From assembly GCA_000182565.2 (NCBI GenBank), contig KQ257454.1: a stretch of 64,000 bases of DNA. The stretch is one strand, 5' to 3'. A program made the translations under genes and the position numbers. Positions 1 to 11,861 of this stretch are shown in pieces; position 1 is the stretch's first letter; each line of letters begins with the position of its first letter. The notes beneath the pieces were generated by a model that was not told the origin of the DNA, ran no database searches, and saw only the letters and a list, made by a program, of their open reading frames with translations. The DNA is from Spizellomyces punctatus DAOM BR117. Taxonomy: Eukaryota.

Positions 1-1197
1 ATCCTGCTCACGTTCCTTGTCTGGTTCCAGAAGCTGCAACTCGTCTGGCATTCCTTCCATTTCCTTAAAAATCAAAAATCCATATCAATCACTGCGGGTC
101 AATTCATCATTCAGCTTCGTCGCACCTCATCTGTATAATCTTCCGGCCCAGATAGAGGAAGAAGGAGATATGGCAACAAATTCAGCTCAGTATCAGTGAG
201 TAATAGTGCGTGTCCTTCTGGTTCAAAAGCTGTATTCTTGATTGTATGGATGGCGGCACTACGGCGGATACGGTTGGGGTGCTCGGTAAATGGCACCATC
301 TTACTCAATCGTAACGCTCCGTCAACTCCCGTCCGTCCTCGGAACCATGCCGCTCCGGCTGGTGTCATCGCCACATTTGACAGCACCCCACCAAGGAAAT
401 GATATTCGGCGTCCGGATTATATCCCTTCCCTGCACCCCTCACAAAGACTTCCAGCAGATTGTCGAGGTAATGGGTTTTTAGTTTGGTGGTGGAGGGATT
501 AGGTTGTGTGGAAGGAGTTGGGATAGGAGACGTGGATTCCGCTGATGGGCTGGGCGCAGCTGCTGATCGTGAGATATCCGCGACGAGTTTCCGTGCCACA
601 GAGTTACTTTCGGAAAGATTGTTTAACAACATACAACATAGATCGGCTACTACATTTCGAGGTAACTAGTCAGATATAAAGAAGCACAAAGATAAGTATT
701 AGTATGAAGACATATTTGGGTGATACGATATGATCTACATACCACAATCAGCAATATCAGGTCATAAAGGAAATCTTCATTGTCCATAACGGAAACAAAG
801 ACAGGGTCCACGCACAGGTTGATTAAAGCACTGAGTGCATCATGAGCTGCCAGCTAAAAAGAAATCCATGGTGTCAACTTTTGCTTGCGGAACTGAACCA
901 TAGATCACACCAACCGGCTCTCCCTTGGTCAATGCCATTAGATCCTTTACTACTCGACAGCCATCTTTCTTGAAAAAGGGAAGAAATTCCGGCGTTGTAG
1001 TGAGTCCTGCAATATTCTTTGCTGCTAGTTGCCGCACCTAATATAGGATTGGGTTAAGCTTCGGGAGAAAATTGCTTTCAAAACGGAATTTTGCATACAT
1101 CTGGTCTAGGATCTCTTAGAAAGGAAAAAAGCTATGAACGATATTTACCAACAGGTTAGCAACGCGAAATCGGATGTTCGAAAGCTACATTTTCCAT
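1..1197 (-). CDS. HGH1: Hgh1/FAM203 eEF2 chaperone (spliced; 3' end runs off the window)
   Basis: Exons give MEN|LFSFLRDPRPD|VRQLAAKNIAGLT... and YNPDAEYHFLGGVLSNVA...FTEHPNRIRR...IKNTAF...LLPYLLLPLSGPEDY, typical of the Hgh1 ARM domain. Confidence 0.85.
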
Positions 1198-1357
1198 ACT
1201 TCGTCTAGTTGTGCCTCCATATCTGCAGCAGCAAGGTGAGGTGGTGAACACACGACAGATTGTCCAAGAAGAGAGGCGAGTTGCTGTGGCAACAGGCGCT
1301 TTCGTAAGCACCCTCAGACGGGAGCAACCCCACAGACTGTCCTTGCCACCACAAAGC

Positions 1358-2635
1358 ATGGTGCCCACATCCATTGAATTGGGTTTGGACCGCATCAACC
1401 GCCTTCTAGCCGCTCTAGACAGCCCTCAAACCAAATTTCCGGTCATACACGTAGCCGGTACCAATGGCAAAGGATCAGTGACTGCATGCATATCAGCAAT
1501 CCTCACGCATGCAGGTTACAGAACTGGCCGCTTCAATTCGCCCCACCTGGTTTCTCCCCTTGATGTAATTCGCATTAATGACCGTATCATAGCCAAAGAT
1601 TTGTATGCGACATGCTACGGGAAAGCATTCAGGGCTGACGAAGAGAATGCAATTGGGGCCAGCTTGTTTGAAATTCAGACAGCGACAGCCTTTTTGGTAT
1701 TTGCGGAGCAACATGTCGATATAGCGATATTGGAAGTTGGGTTGGGTGGGAGATTAGACGCGACCAATGTTTGCTGTAGTCCATTAGTGTGCGTTTTTAC
1801 TGCGATCGGTATGGACCATGTAGATCTCCTTGGGGACACAATCGAAAAGATTGCCGCAGAGAAGGGTGGCATCATCAAACCGGGAGCAATGGTCGTCATT
1901 GGACCACAGGTCGAAGAAGAAGTAACTCCTGTTCTAATACGCATGGCCGCCGCGCACAACTGTCCAGTCCACATTGCTTCTCCTGCCGTTCGCCCATCGG
2001 ACTCAGACTTGATCGAGGTCCAATACAACGGCCAAATTGTCCGCACTCCTTTAGCTCTTCTCGGCGCCTTTCAGTTGTCAAATGCTGCGACAGCGCTGAA
2101 AGCCATTGATGTGCTCACCTCTGCGCATCCTCAATTCAAGGTCCCAATTGACGCAATCACGTCTGGGATGTCCACAGTACGATGGGCTGGAAGGCTGGAA
2201 TGGGTCGATATCCCAGGTTTGGGTAGGATACTGATTGATGGTGCGCACAACCCCCCGGCAGCGGAAGCCTTAGCCGACTTTGTTAGCAATCAACGCAGTA
2301 AAACAAAAGACGGGCGTGTAGGATGGATAGTGGGCTTGACGCAAGGGAAGGACTTGGAAGGCCTGCTGAGCTACCTTCTGAAAGAGGGTGACAGCCTCTA
2401 TGCTGTCCCCTTTAGTCAGCCAGAACAGATGCCATGGATCCGATGTATACCAGCCGATTCGATACGGGAACGAGTAGTCAATTCATTCTCGGGTGTCCAT
2501 TGTCTGTCATTCCCAAGCCTATCACAATGCTTAAATGCGCTGGGACAGGACGAGACTCGGCCTAATCTTTTGGTTCTCTGTGGGTCTTTGTATCTGGTCG
2601 CAGACTTATATCGTTTATACTCTATACCGTCATGA
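1358..2635 (+). CDS. FOL3: Dihydrofolate synthetase (FolC family), intronless
   Basis: IELGLDRI, IHVAGTNGKGS P-loop, EVGLGGRLDATN, WAGRLE, LIDGAHN, CGSLYLV; ATG at 1358 chosen over the upstream GTG. Confidence 0.92.
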   Translation: MVPTSIELGLDRINRLLAALDSPQTKFPVIHVAGTNGKGSVTACISAILTHAGYRTGRFNSPHLVSPLDVIRINDRIIAKDLYATCYGKAFRADEENAIGASLFEIQTATAFLVFAEQHVDIAILEVGLGGRLDATNVCCSPLVCVFTAIGMDHVDLLGDTIEKIAAEKGGIIKPGAMVVIGPQVEEEVTPVLIRMAAAHNCPVHIASPAVRPSDSDLIEVQYNGQIVRTPLALLGAFQLSNAATALKAIDVLTSAHPQFKVPIDAITSGMSTVRWAGRLEWVDIPGLGRILIDGAHNPPAAEALADFVSNQRSKTKDGRVGWIVGLTQGKDLEGLLSYLLKEGDSLYAVPFSQPEQMPWIRCIPADSIRERVVNSFSGVHCLSFPSLSQCLNALGQDETRPNLLVLCGSLYLVADLYRLYSIPS

Positions 2636-2716
2636 AAGTGGAAGGTCCCCGTAGTCGAATCTTTGATAATATATACTTGGTGTAATGCTTATACATAGAA
2701 TAAAGTGAACGAACTC

Positions 2717-4734
2717 TTATCGCTGCTTTGTTCTGTCCCCTTCCCCACCAGCGAAGATGCTTGTATTATGCTCCGCCACTTGCATCCACCTCTCCTTTTT
2801 TCTCTTGCCCTCGATGTACCTCATACTGTGTGGAATCAACCAGTTAATTCATTGCCTCGCAGCATTTGAGCAAATCTGATAGTAGCTCACCTCTCATCGT
2901 AAGATCTTGGCATGACGCGAGGAACTGACCCCCCGTCTAAGGCCATGAACGTAAAATGAAACGTATTCGTGGTGCTTTGCTCGTCACTGATCGGATCTAA
3001 TACATCTGCCCGAACCTTGACTTGGAAACTACGAGACGGCGACCCGGAGGAATAGGTTACTTGAGACGTGAGACTAAGTAGTGATCCAACGTGCACTGGT
3101 TTACGGAAGCTGATATCGTCGAGGGCAACAAAGTGTATCCGTGATCTGCAAAAGATGAGACCAGTCGAGTGGGCTAACTCGTATGCGAGACGGATCAGAT
3201 AGCCACCAAATACGTTTCCGTGAATATTGCGGTCTTGAGGCATGCACATAACGAGGCTTTGTTTTAAAGTATCTTTCATCCATTTCACATCTTCTGGCAT
3301 GTCCCTGTTGTAGGTTGGATCCAAATATTGGATGTACTCTTTATATAGGTCATGTACCAGGGACATCTAAGAGCAAAGGGGTGAGATCTATTGAAAAGAG
3401 AATGTTGCAGGAGATTGATGATTACCTCTTCAAAACTTGGGGGTATTAGGCTTAAGTCAAACCTTCTCTCGGCGACCTTTCGAGCTTTGTGCTCTAAACA
3501 CGGACTCGGTTAGCTCGCCAGCTTGGCTTCAAGACAGTTTCGGGAATTAAGGCTCACCAGCTCCCAGTTTAAATAATCGGCGCTCTTCCTCTGTTTCCAG
3601 CTTCAACTGATTGATGGCCGCGGCCTTTCCAGTGTACGGATCTCTTGCAACCTAATCATGCGTACGTTATCAATAGGTATTTTCGCAATGAGTAAGACGG
3701 GAATGACTTCACCATTGAAAACTTTGCCGCAAGAATTGGCTTGCCAGGGACACGCTGGTCCGCCGATGGTTGGCCAACTCCAAACGCGGATTGACCTGAC
3801 TGCGGGGCTCCCTCTGGCACTGTCTCGACCCAGCAGCTGACCTCCATTGATGATGTTCCTACCCCTATATCTCAGTTAACATATGCACGCTTAAATGCAT
3901 CACCAGATGCACTTACATGTGACATGGCCACTAATCCTAATATCTTCATCAGGTGGTATGACATCCAACATGTCAATGCGATCAAGACTCGCTAGGATGT
4001 ATAATCAGTGTGTGTGTCTCCAGGCGCTTCTAGAACCATCTTCATGATATTCACCTGTTACAATGGTCAACGGAATCGTCTCTGATCGCCCATCATCACA
4101 ATGCAAGTACCCAATCGATCCAGCTAGGGCATCAAGGTCTTCAAGGATCTTCCCGATCCGAATTCCACCATATACATTGAGATACTCTTCTTTGACATCC
4201 GGCTCGGTTTTGAAAAGAAGATATTCCTCAATATAAGAGTCTTTCATTTTCTTTTCAAGAATGACTGGTATGTCGGTCTGGCTTTCACCCGACTCTGCCC
4301 GCTTTTCCAGCGCTTGTTGTTGCTTTTCAGCGAGAAACCGATTGATCCACATACTAGATTCGTTTGACTGCATTAGGAAAGAGCACCAAAAAGCATTTAT
4401 AGTGACAGTGGAGGGACATGTACCGATGTGTCGCAGACGTACGGTTGCGTACGTAGGGCAAAACCATCCACTTCCGTCGCGTTGCTGCTTCAGTTTGCAT
4501 GGCGTCTGAAAATGAACGACAAGAGGACTGTAAGCATCAAAAGAGAAGCTATGAGTTAGTCGTTCCATTACTTTTTGCGCCATTTAACTTGGTTCTGCTG
4601 TCTTCGGCCGCGGCGAAGGGAACCAGGTGCAATTCTCGGCAGAGCATCGGCTGGCAAGCGATGCGCTTCAGCCCCATGGTGTTGTGGGAACCTGGACCTG
4701 CAAGCAGTCCTAAACGATAGGACCTACGCAGCAT
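2717..4734 (-). CDS. Mitochondrial double-hotdog acyl-CoA thioesterase (ACOT9-like), spliced
   Basis: YLNVYGGIRIGKILEDLDALAG and PQDRNIHGNVFGGYLIRLAYELA hotdog motifs; Arg-rich presequence from ATG 4734. Confidence 0.85.
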
Positions 4735-4903
4735 GTCTGTGGAATTCCTTACAGTGAAATGACGATGGAATAAATGGGGAGATCTACAAAGTTTTTGAAA
4801 TTCCGATGACTGCCCAGAATGGCATCATTACGTGTGCACACGGTTGAGAATGACAACGCTTTGTATTTTCCCTTCCTTCAGTTTACTTACTTTTGACTAG
4901 ACG

Positions 4904-6022
4904 ATGCCAACAGCTCCCGTCCCAGACGCAAGCGAGGATGAAGCTAATTTCCATGCAGCTGCAAAGTATCTTGCGTCACGGCAAGACCTGCATTTGAGCA
5001 ATGAGATCATGTTACAGGTTTGTTGAAAGAAATGCTGTTTAGGACTTGCGTTCTTTTTGGGTATGAATGTAACTAGATGCCAAGTGCGTTAATAGTTTTA
5101 CGCGTTATACAAAGTTGCGACTGTTGGATCATGCAACGTTCCAAAGCCAGGCTTCTTTGACTTTGCGGGGAAGGCCAAGGTTGGCAGTCGATGGAGCTCA
5201 ATCGATATTCAACACAGGCCGTTTTCTGACTTCCACTACGTTCAAAGTGGGATGCATGGGCTTCTTTAGGAGATTTGCCCAAGCAAGAAGCAATGTCACG
5301 ATATGTGAGATTCGTTGCTGAGCATGCTGGCTGGAAGCCGGGTGAGAGCGATCGCGAGGTTAGTTGGTAGCTCCAGGAGTCTCTTCATTTCCTTGCACCA
5401 ACTGTATTGCATATCTCCAGACTACGGATAGCGAAACATCACCACGCACACGCCCTGAAAAGACTGACAAGTCTACCGGTGTATCAGTTAGTACAATGGC
5501 CAATGACCGTGAAGAGATTAGGTATGTGGACATAAATCCATGCTACCAAGTCAAATACGAAACTAACTGGTCCGTCAAGTGATGCCGACAAGACAATATG
5601 GAACTGGGCCGAGGAAGGGGTAATTGAGAAGGTCGTTGATATGATTGATGCCAAGCGTGCCGATGTCAATCAAGTGGATGATCAAGGGATGACCTTATTG
5701 CACTGGGCCGCGGATCGAGGGTATGTGGAACTGACCAAGATACTACTGGAGCGAGGTGCATCCGTTGATGCACAAGATAATGAGGGCCAAACACCACTAC
5801 ATTATGGTAAGAAAACACATGAAATACCCGTGTCACGCCACTTTGATTGATATCTCTCGTATAGCTGTCATTATTGAAAATGAGGATATTGTGAGAAAGC
5901 TTATTGCTAGTGGGGCAAGTTCAGCAATACGGGACTTCAATGATGAAACGCCACTGGATTCTGCCTCAGAAGGCATTAAGAGTGTTATAGTAATTGAATC
6001 TTCAAAATTATCAAAAGGATAG
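4904..6022 (+). CDS. Acyl-CoA-binding domain + ankyrin repeat protein (ACBD6-like), spliced
   Basis: Exons encode FHAAAKYL...LSNEIMLQ|FYALYKVATVGSCNVPKPGFFDFAGKAK|WDAW (ACBP), then GMTLLHWAADRG and GQTPLHY ankyrin repeats. Confidence 0.87.
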
Positions 6023-6512
6023 AAATCTTCTACGGCGTAATATCCATCCACCTCTAATGTTGTTCCTATTCGTCCTGGGTTCATGTCCAGATAAATGGAC
6101 TTGCAACAACGGCACGTAGCATCCGCGCAGGTTTCAAAGGGGGCGGAAGGTTGGGATAGAATGCCAGAAACCACGTTGCATGGCGAAATGCCAGCACGCA
6201 ACCAACGATCATTAACATAAGCTTGCTCGGCACCAGTCTTGCATGGCGCACCGCCAGATAAAGTTACAACCTGGCAGTCCAGACGATTCGAGCTTTGGCC
6301 TTATCGATTATCATAGTCCGAGTGCGCGACAGATACACTACAAGTATCAGATATGATGAGATCTTGTATCGGATCCTTTTCTTGTTTTTGTATCTGATCA
6401 TGTACTTCAGTAAGGCAATTGGAACTGTTTGGATTATTAACATACACATCCCAATGTCATTTTTCACAAAGCATATAATGTATTGATATTCAACAAAAAT
6501 TGCAGACCCCTC

Positions 6513-7745
6513 CTAGTCATTGTAACCTGAGACCTTTAATGAGCCAACTTGCTTTCTCAAGCCCTTGGGATGGCCCGCCTTTTCGTCCAGATCCTCCTGC
6601 CTACTCTTTCCGCCCTTGAAAACTGGCCGCTCACCGTGTGGAGTGACGCGAATGGCATGCCGCTTTTCTGGCCAAAAGTCGTAGGTAGCTGAGTGTATCG
6701 TGGATCTGTTGTCCCAGATTGCCACGGCATCCTTTGACCACTTCCAGCGGACAGTCACATCCACGGATTGCGAGATCAGCTTGAAGAGGAACGAAAGAAT
6801 AGCCTCAGACTCGGCTTTAGGAACTCCAACGATCGAGCGAGTGAATCCTGGATTAACAAAGACAGACTTCCATCCCGTAACGGGGTGCGTCCGGACTAGC
6901 GGATGGACAGTAGTGATAGGATCACGGCGAACCGTTGTTCCAGAGGCCTGGGCGCCCTGTGCTTGCTCGTGAGCTGAGTGAATGGCGCTCAATCCCTCGA
7001 GATACTGCTGGAAGGCGGGTGAAAGCTGGTCGTAGACTGCATATCCCGACACCCAGAGAGTGTCACCGCCACCACCAGGAGGGGTGGTGATTACCCTAAA
7101 TGAGGTATAAGCGGGAGGTTGAAGCTCGTATGTGACATCCGAATGCCAAAGTTCTTGCTGTGTAAACTGGTTGTTTCGTGGAGGTCGCTTTCCGTCAGCG
7201 TAAACAACGTGAATTTCCTCAAGACCTGCTTTCTTCGGGAGACCGGTGGTAGCGTGCTTATGAAGCTTGCCCCAGTATCGACCAAGATCCAGCTGTTTCT
7301 CGACAGTAAAGTCCGATTGGTCACGAACAAAGACCACACCGCGGTGGGCTACCAACCGAGCCAGATCGTCCTTCTGCTCGTTGGTGAGATCCGCTAGACG
7401 CACTCCCTTGAGTTCAGTTCCAATGGTAGGAAGTACGTTCTCAGCTGTAACGCTATTGCTAAGAAGCCGCGAGTACTTTTCATCCCCGAACAGCCCGCGA
7501 TCGGGGTCGACCTCAAACTCAGCTAAAGGTTCCCACTTAACGTCGGGAAAGCTGGGAAGGAGGTAGTCATACTCGTAGCTAGTTTCCTCAGTTGTATCAA
7601 AAGCTTCGGCGTAAGTAGGTGCAGGAATCGCATATGAAGGGATATCAGTTCCAGTTTGGCTTTTAGCTGTTGCTTTGATATCGCTGATTAAGGTAGCTTG
7701 GTCCGGAAGAGCCGCCGTTTCTGCGAGTGCGTGTGGAGGGGCCAT
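6513..7745 (-). CDS. Alpha-ketoglutarate-dependent sulfonate/taurine dioxygenase (TauD/Jlp1-like), intronless
   Basis: WHSDVTYE (HxD), GGDTLW, HPLVRTHPVTG, WDNRSTIH facial-triad motifs; 410-aa ORF. Confidence 0.93.
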   Translation of the reverse strand: MAPPHALAETAALPDQATLISDIKATAKSQTGTDIPSYAIPAPTYAEAFDTTEETSYEYDYLLPSFPDVKWEPLAEFEVDPDRGLFGDEKYSRLLSNSVTAENVLPTIGTELKGVRLADLTNEQKDDLARLVAHRGVVFVRDQSDFTVEKQLDLGRYWGKLHKHATTGLPKKAGLEEIHVVYADGKRPPRNNQFTQQELWHSDVTYELQPPAYTSFRVITTPPGGGGDTLWVSGYAVYDQLSPAFQQYLEGLSAIHSAHEQAQGAQASGTTVRRDPITTVHPLVRTHPVTGWKSVFVNPGFTRSIVGVPKAESEAILSFLFKLISQSVDVTVRWKWSKDAVAIWDNRSTIHSATYDFWPEKRHAIRVTPHGERPVFKGGKSRQEDLDEKAGHPKGLRKQVGSLKVSGYND

Positions 7746-8877
7746 GTTCTTACTCAGATAGCAATGTCAAAGATGATTCTGGATTCTGGTGCCTGTGATG
7801 CACTGGCTTTTGGAAAAGACCGCTGCGACCGCCCTCCTTTTAAAAGACTTCGTTAAGGTGGGTATGCTGTTCGCGATCGTGGCGCAGTGAGTTAGGTAAG
7901 GAACGCGATCGCGCAATTTGAGAAAGACTTCAAAGCATCACCGCAACCCCAACACGTTCGCGAGTACGACGGACCCCCCACGGTTTGCATTTCTAAGCTC
8001 ATTCGCAATCACGAGCTTTGATGGTGGGGGAAGGAGGGGGTAATGGGTGGGAGATCCATGTTCCACTATTTGTATTATTCATCTTGTGGCAGAGTGATGG
8101 AGATTGATGGTTTTATGTTTCCTAAATGGGGAAATCTGTCAGGTAATGGTCAAGCGTTTGTGTGTGCCGATTCAAGCATGCTATCATGGAAGAGTGGGGG
8201 ATTTTCGAATCCAATCGTGTCCAATTACGAACTTTGGGGGTCTGCGGACTGAAGTGATCGAATGACGATTGAGAGATGAGATGCAATCACTCATGCTATC
8301 TGATCACTTTTATTGCTGGCAGTCATTTGTGCTCTGAAAGTTGCTTGGATCCTGCCAGGGACCTCGTGCCTCCCGGAGCCACCAGGGGAATATCCATTCT
8401 TCAGCATCGACGGAAATTGACGTGCCATTCTTGATTAGTAACTGTAAAGTTCCTGCTGTTGAGTGCTTTTCAAAATGTAATATTCTCATGCCATTCGAAG
8501 ATGTTCCAAGCGTTCTTGGTGCAATCACCCATATGGTTGCTTGGGAGAGGACGTTTGTAGTCTAGCATGAATATCCGGCGCAAGCTGGTCCTCTAGGAGT
8601 AACCCTATTGAGCCATGCTGAAGAGATATTGGTGAAAAGCATCATTCGGGAGTTTAAGCAACTCGGCTTCGAAATCGCTTTCATCATGTGGATTATTGTT
8701 AGCTATCTTCGCTGCTCAAAGTCTTTGACAACTGGAGGACTCTTGTGTGGTTGGTTCAAACCAAAATTAGGCGCTGTCTCAAACTACTGTACACACGCGT
8801 ACGCCGTTCTGCAGAAACTGAGCAATCCCATCGCAAATACATTCAGCACCAAGAAGGTGCCCTTTACACATTTCAGA

Positions 8878-10529
8878 ATGTCACATCAGAGCGGAATACA
8901 ACGTAAGACGTTTGGGGCCCGGTCGGTCTTCAGCAGGGAAAAGTGGCATCTTGACCAATGCATTCACAGCATCCGAAGAGCTTCTTACAACATTCAACAA
9001 TGCATTGCAAACGACAGACCAGCGTGCCATCAAAGTTGTCATTTCTGAGGGTTCGTCCTTGTATCTTCCATATTGTCCTCCAATGTTCCATAATCAACAC
9101 TTTTTACTTTTCTTTGAAGAGGTCATGACCGTTTCTGACACTTTGCCAGTGAAGGGAAGCTGGGAGGAAGGTAAAAGTCGTTTGCATGGGTTTGAACCAA
9201 TATGCTTTCCATAAAAGTAATGCAAGAGTGGAACAGATTTTCCCCTCCTATCGGCTTGGTTTGGGCCCACAGAACCCTGCTTCGTTCTGTGCCGGATGGA
9301 TTCAACTCTGCCAAGTGGAGATTTTGAATGGATCTTGCTGCAATATGTCCCTGATTATGCCAAAGTATGTGATATTCTTGTGTGTCTTTGTATGACATAC
9401 CCTTTATGCGGCATGTTCACTCATAATCACATCAATGTGCATGTAGGTCCGAGATAAAATGTTGTATGCATCAACAAAGGCGACTTTGACAAAGGAATTG
9501 GGCGACTCAAAGTTTGTGGACACCTTGTACGGAACAACACCGGTACAATTTATGGTGTTCATTCATAGCAGGAAACCTAATACTGAAAGGACACCAAATC
9601 CAGGCTGAAATGTCGCTTGATGGGTATCGTAAGCACATTATACACAAGGAGGCAGATGTGCCATTGACGGAACGTGAAATCGAAGCTCAAGCCGTTAGAT
9701 TGGCAGAGGTGGGAGGGTGCTTGCGAGATGCTATTTATACCTTGGAAGCTAATGGGTCGACAGTCGAGTGCAGACATTGGAATGTCGTCACGGAGATCTC
9801 ATGCCCAAGGCGTGACATTCCCCTTTTCGGATACGGCTAAGGGCGCTTTGCGACAACTGAAGGATGGGAAAGCGAATGTGGTTGTACTGGTGAGATGATC
9901 ATGGTGTTTAACTCAGCCAACCGATCGATCATGACAATACGAACGGATTTTCAGTCGGTAGACTTGTCCCAAGAATGCATGGAACTTGATACGGCAGGGG
10001 ATACGACTTTGTCAGAGCTACCGTCAGTCATTGAGCCCTCAGTTCCACGTTTTGTATTTTTCACTTTCCAAAATACCGAATACAATGGCGCGCCTTCCTC
10101 CCTAAGTGGGTTCCCAAGCATAGATAGAACACTTCACTTCGCTGATTACTAAACTATAACAGTCTTCATTTATGTTTGCCCGCCTGAGTCGAAAGTGAAG
10201 GAGCGCATGCTGTATTCCTCTTCTCGTGCCAGCGTTGTTGCGTATGTAGAAGGTGAATTGCAGTTAAATGTGGTAAAAAAGGTAACTTGGAAATTACTTC
10301 TTCGTATGAATGGACGACCAACTGATTATTAAATTCAATATAGTTCGAGGTTGACTCTGTCGACGAGGTGGATGAAGCCACTTTAACAGAAGAGCTCTAC
10401 CCGAAACAACAGGGTACACCAGGAATGACGAAGCGTGCGTTTGCACGGCCGACTCGACCGGGAAGAGGTCCTGCGCGCGTATCACGGGCAGGGACTCCTT
10501 CCTCTACTGGGAGTGCAGATACTTCTTAG
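8878..10529 (+). CDS. TWF1: Twinfilin (two ADF-H domains), multi-exon
   Basis: MSHQSGI N-terminus, VRDKMLYASTKATL, PLTEREIE linker, VKERMLYSSSR, C-terminal FARPTRPGR tail. Confidence 0.9.
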
Positions 10530-10594
10530 GATCAATGGAAAATGTAGATTTCGAAAACATTTGAGATCCCTTTTTATTTAGACCGGCGACAATC

Positions 10595-11535
10595 TCAAGT
10601 TTTACGCCGTGTCAAATGGTCGTATATGACCACCTGTGTGTGCTCATCGGTCTCAATTTCTGTTCGCGTCGTGTTATCACCTGGTTTTGGCTCCTTGAAC
10701 GCGAGGAGGAAGATTAACTTGAAGGAAATATACTCTGGTGCCAATAGAACAAGACATCTCTCATCTTTCAATCCACAGACATACCTTCGGGTCAACGTTT
10801 ATGATTTTCCTATCTCTTTTATTTTTAAACAAGAGTCCGTTCTCATTGTCTGCAATCACCTGAAAATTTGGGGTGGCATTACTCGTACAGGTTTGCGTCT
10901 CCCAATTATAAAAGCTCATGTCAGATGGGCGGGGCATCAAAACTTTTGCACGCGAGAAGTATGGTTCGAAATTCTCGGTCTTTAAGCGATAAGCGTAATC
11001 AATGTAGCCGGATATCTCTTGCGACTTGTTGTTGCGGGTTCGTATGAAAATTATGGACTGTGGTGGTAACCAGTGAATATATGCAAGACAGATGATTACT
11101 CTCAAATTACCAACTCAACTTTTACCTACAGTGAGTTTCCCACTTCTGTTGGCTTCTTCCCTATCTGCAAGGGCTTGAAGAAAGAGAGATTTCGATAGAT
11201 CCTTTCCCTGGGATGCCAGGACTTTAGTCGCTAACCGTTTCGACAATCGGAAATTCTCTGCCGCCTTCTTTCTCGATTCGAATTCTTCCCTCTTCAAGGG
11301 CTCGCCTGAACCTCTGTATCCCAGTTCAACCAGCTGTCGTGCTAGTTCTTTGTCCTTTTTATAATACGGGTTACCGTGGACCCCCCGCAGGATATGAAAT
11401 CGGGACATATCTTACTTCCAAGTAATACAAGTCTATAGCAGTAATTTGACTGTCAAGATATTCTTCATAAGTACCAAATTCAGCAATGGTATTATCGCCT
11501 GGACCGTTAGGGAGGTCCCCCAATTCGTCGGCCAT
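10595..11535 (-). CDS. CFAP299: Cilia- and flagella-associated protein 299 (DUF4464/C4orf22), spliced
   Basis: [13 protein letters not shown]...[54 protein letters not shown]...YDHLTRRKT. Confidence 0.9.
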
Positions 11536-11861
11536 TCTGCGGTCTCAAAGCCCGTCGTCAGTTGAGAGTTCTAAACTCAAAGAGTTGCTCAACTGTGTCG
11601 GAGGCAGCTTACGAGAAAGTCACGTGATTGTATCACCGATTCCTCATTGGCGACTTCTTTTTGGGCAAGTTGATACCAGAGTTGATGCTTGACCTTTCGC
11701 AACGTTTTCCAGCGATTTTTTCAAGCGCATTTTGACCTTCAGACGGCTCCATCCTTGTATTCAGTCATTCTCAGATCGATAGCTTCTTAGTGTAAACGGT
11801 TCCTACGGCATTTTTTCCCATCTTCTCGGCCATTCGGCAGTACAGCTGCACCAAGAGTGCA

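Noticed and set aside
1211-1357. GTG-initiated extension of FOL3
   Set aside because: Lies in the HGH1/FOL3 shared promoter; family similarity starts at ATG 1358
8300-8870. Short ORFs on both strands between TauD and twinfilin, with protein-like fragments on the minus strand
   Set aside because: Interrupted by stops, with no consistent splice model or family; may be a decayed remnant, but I cannot support that
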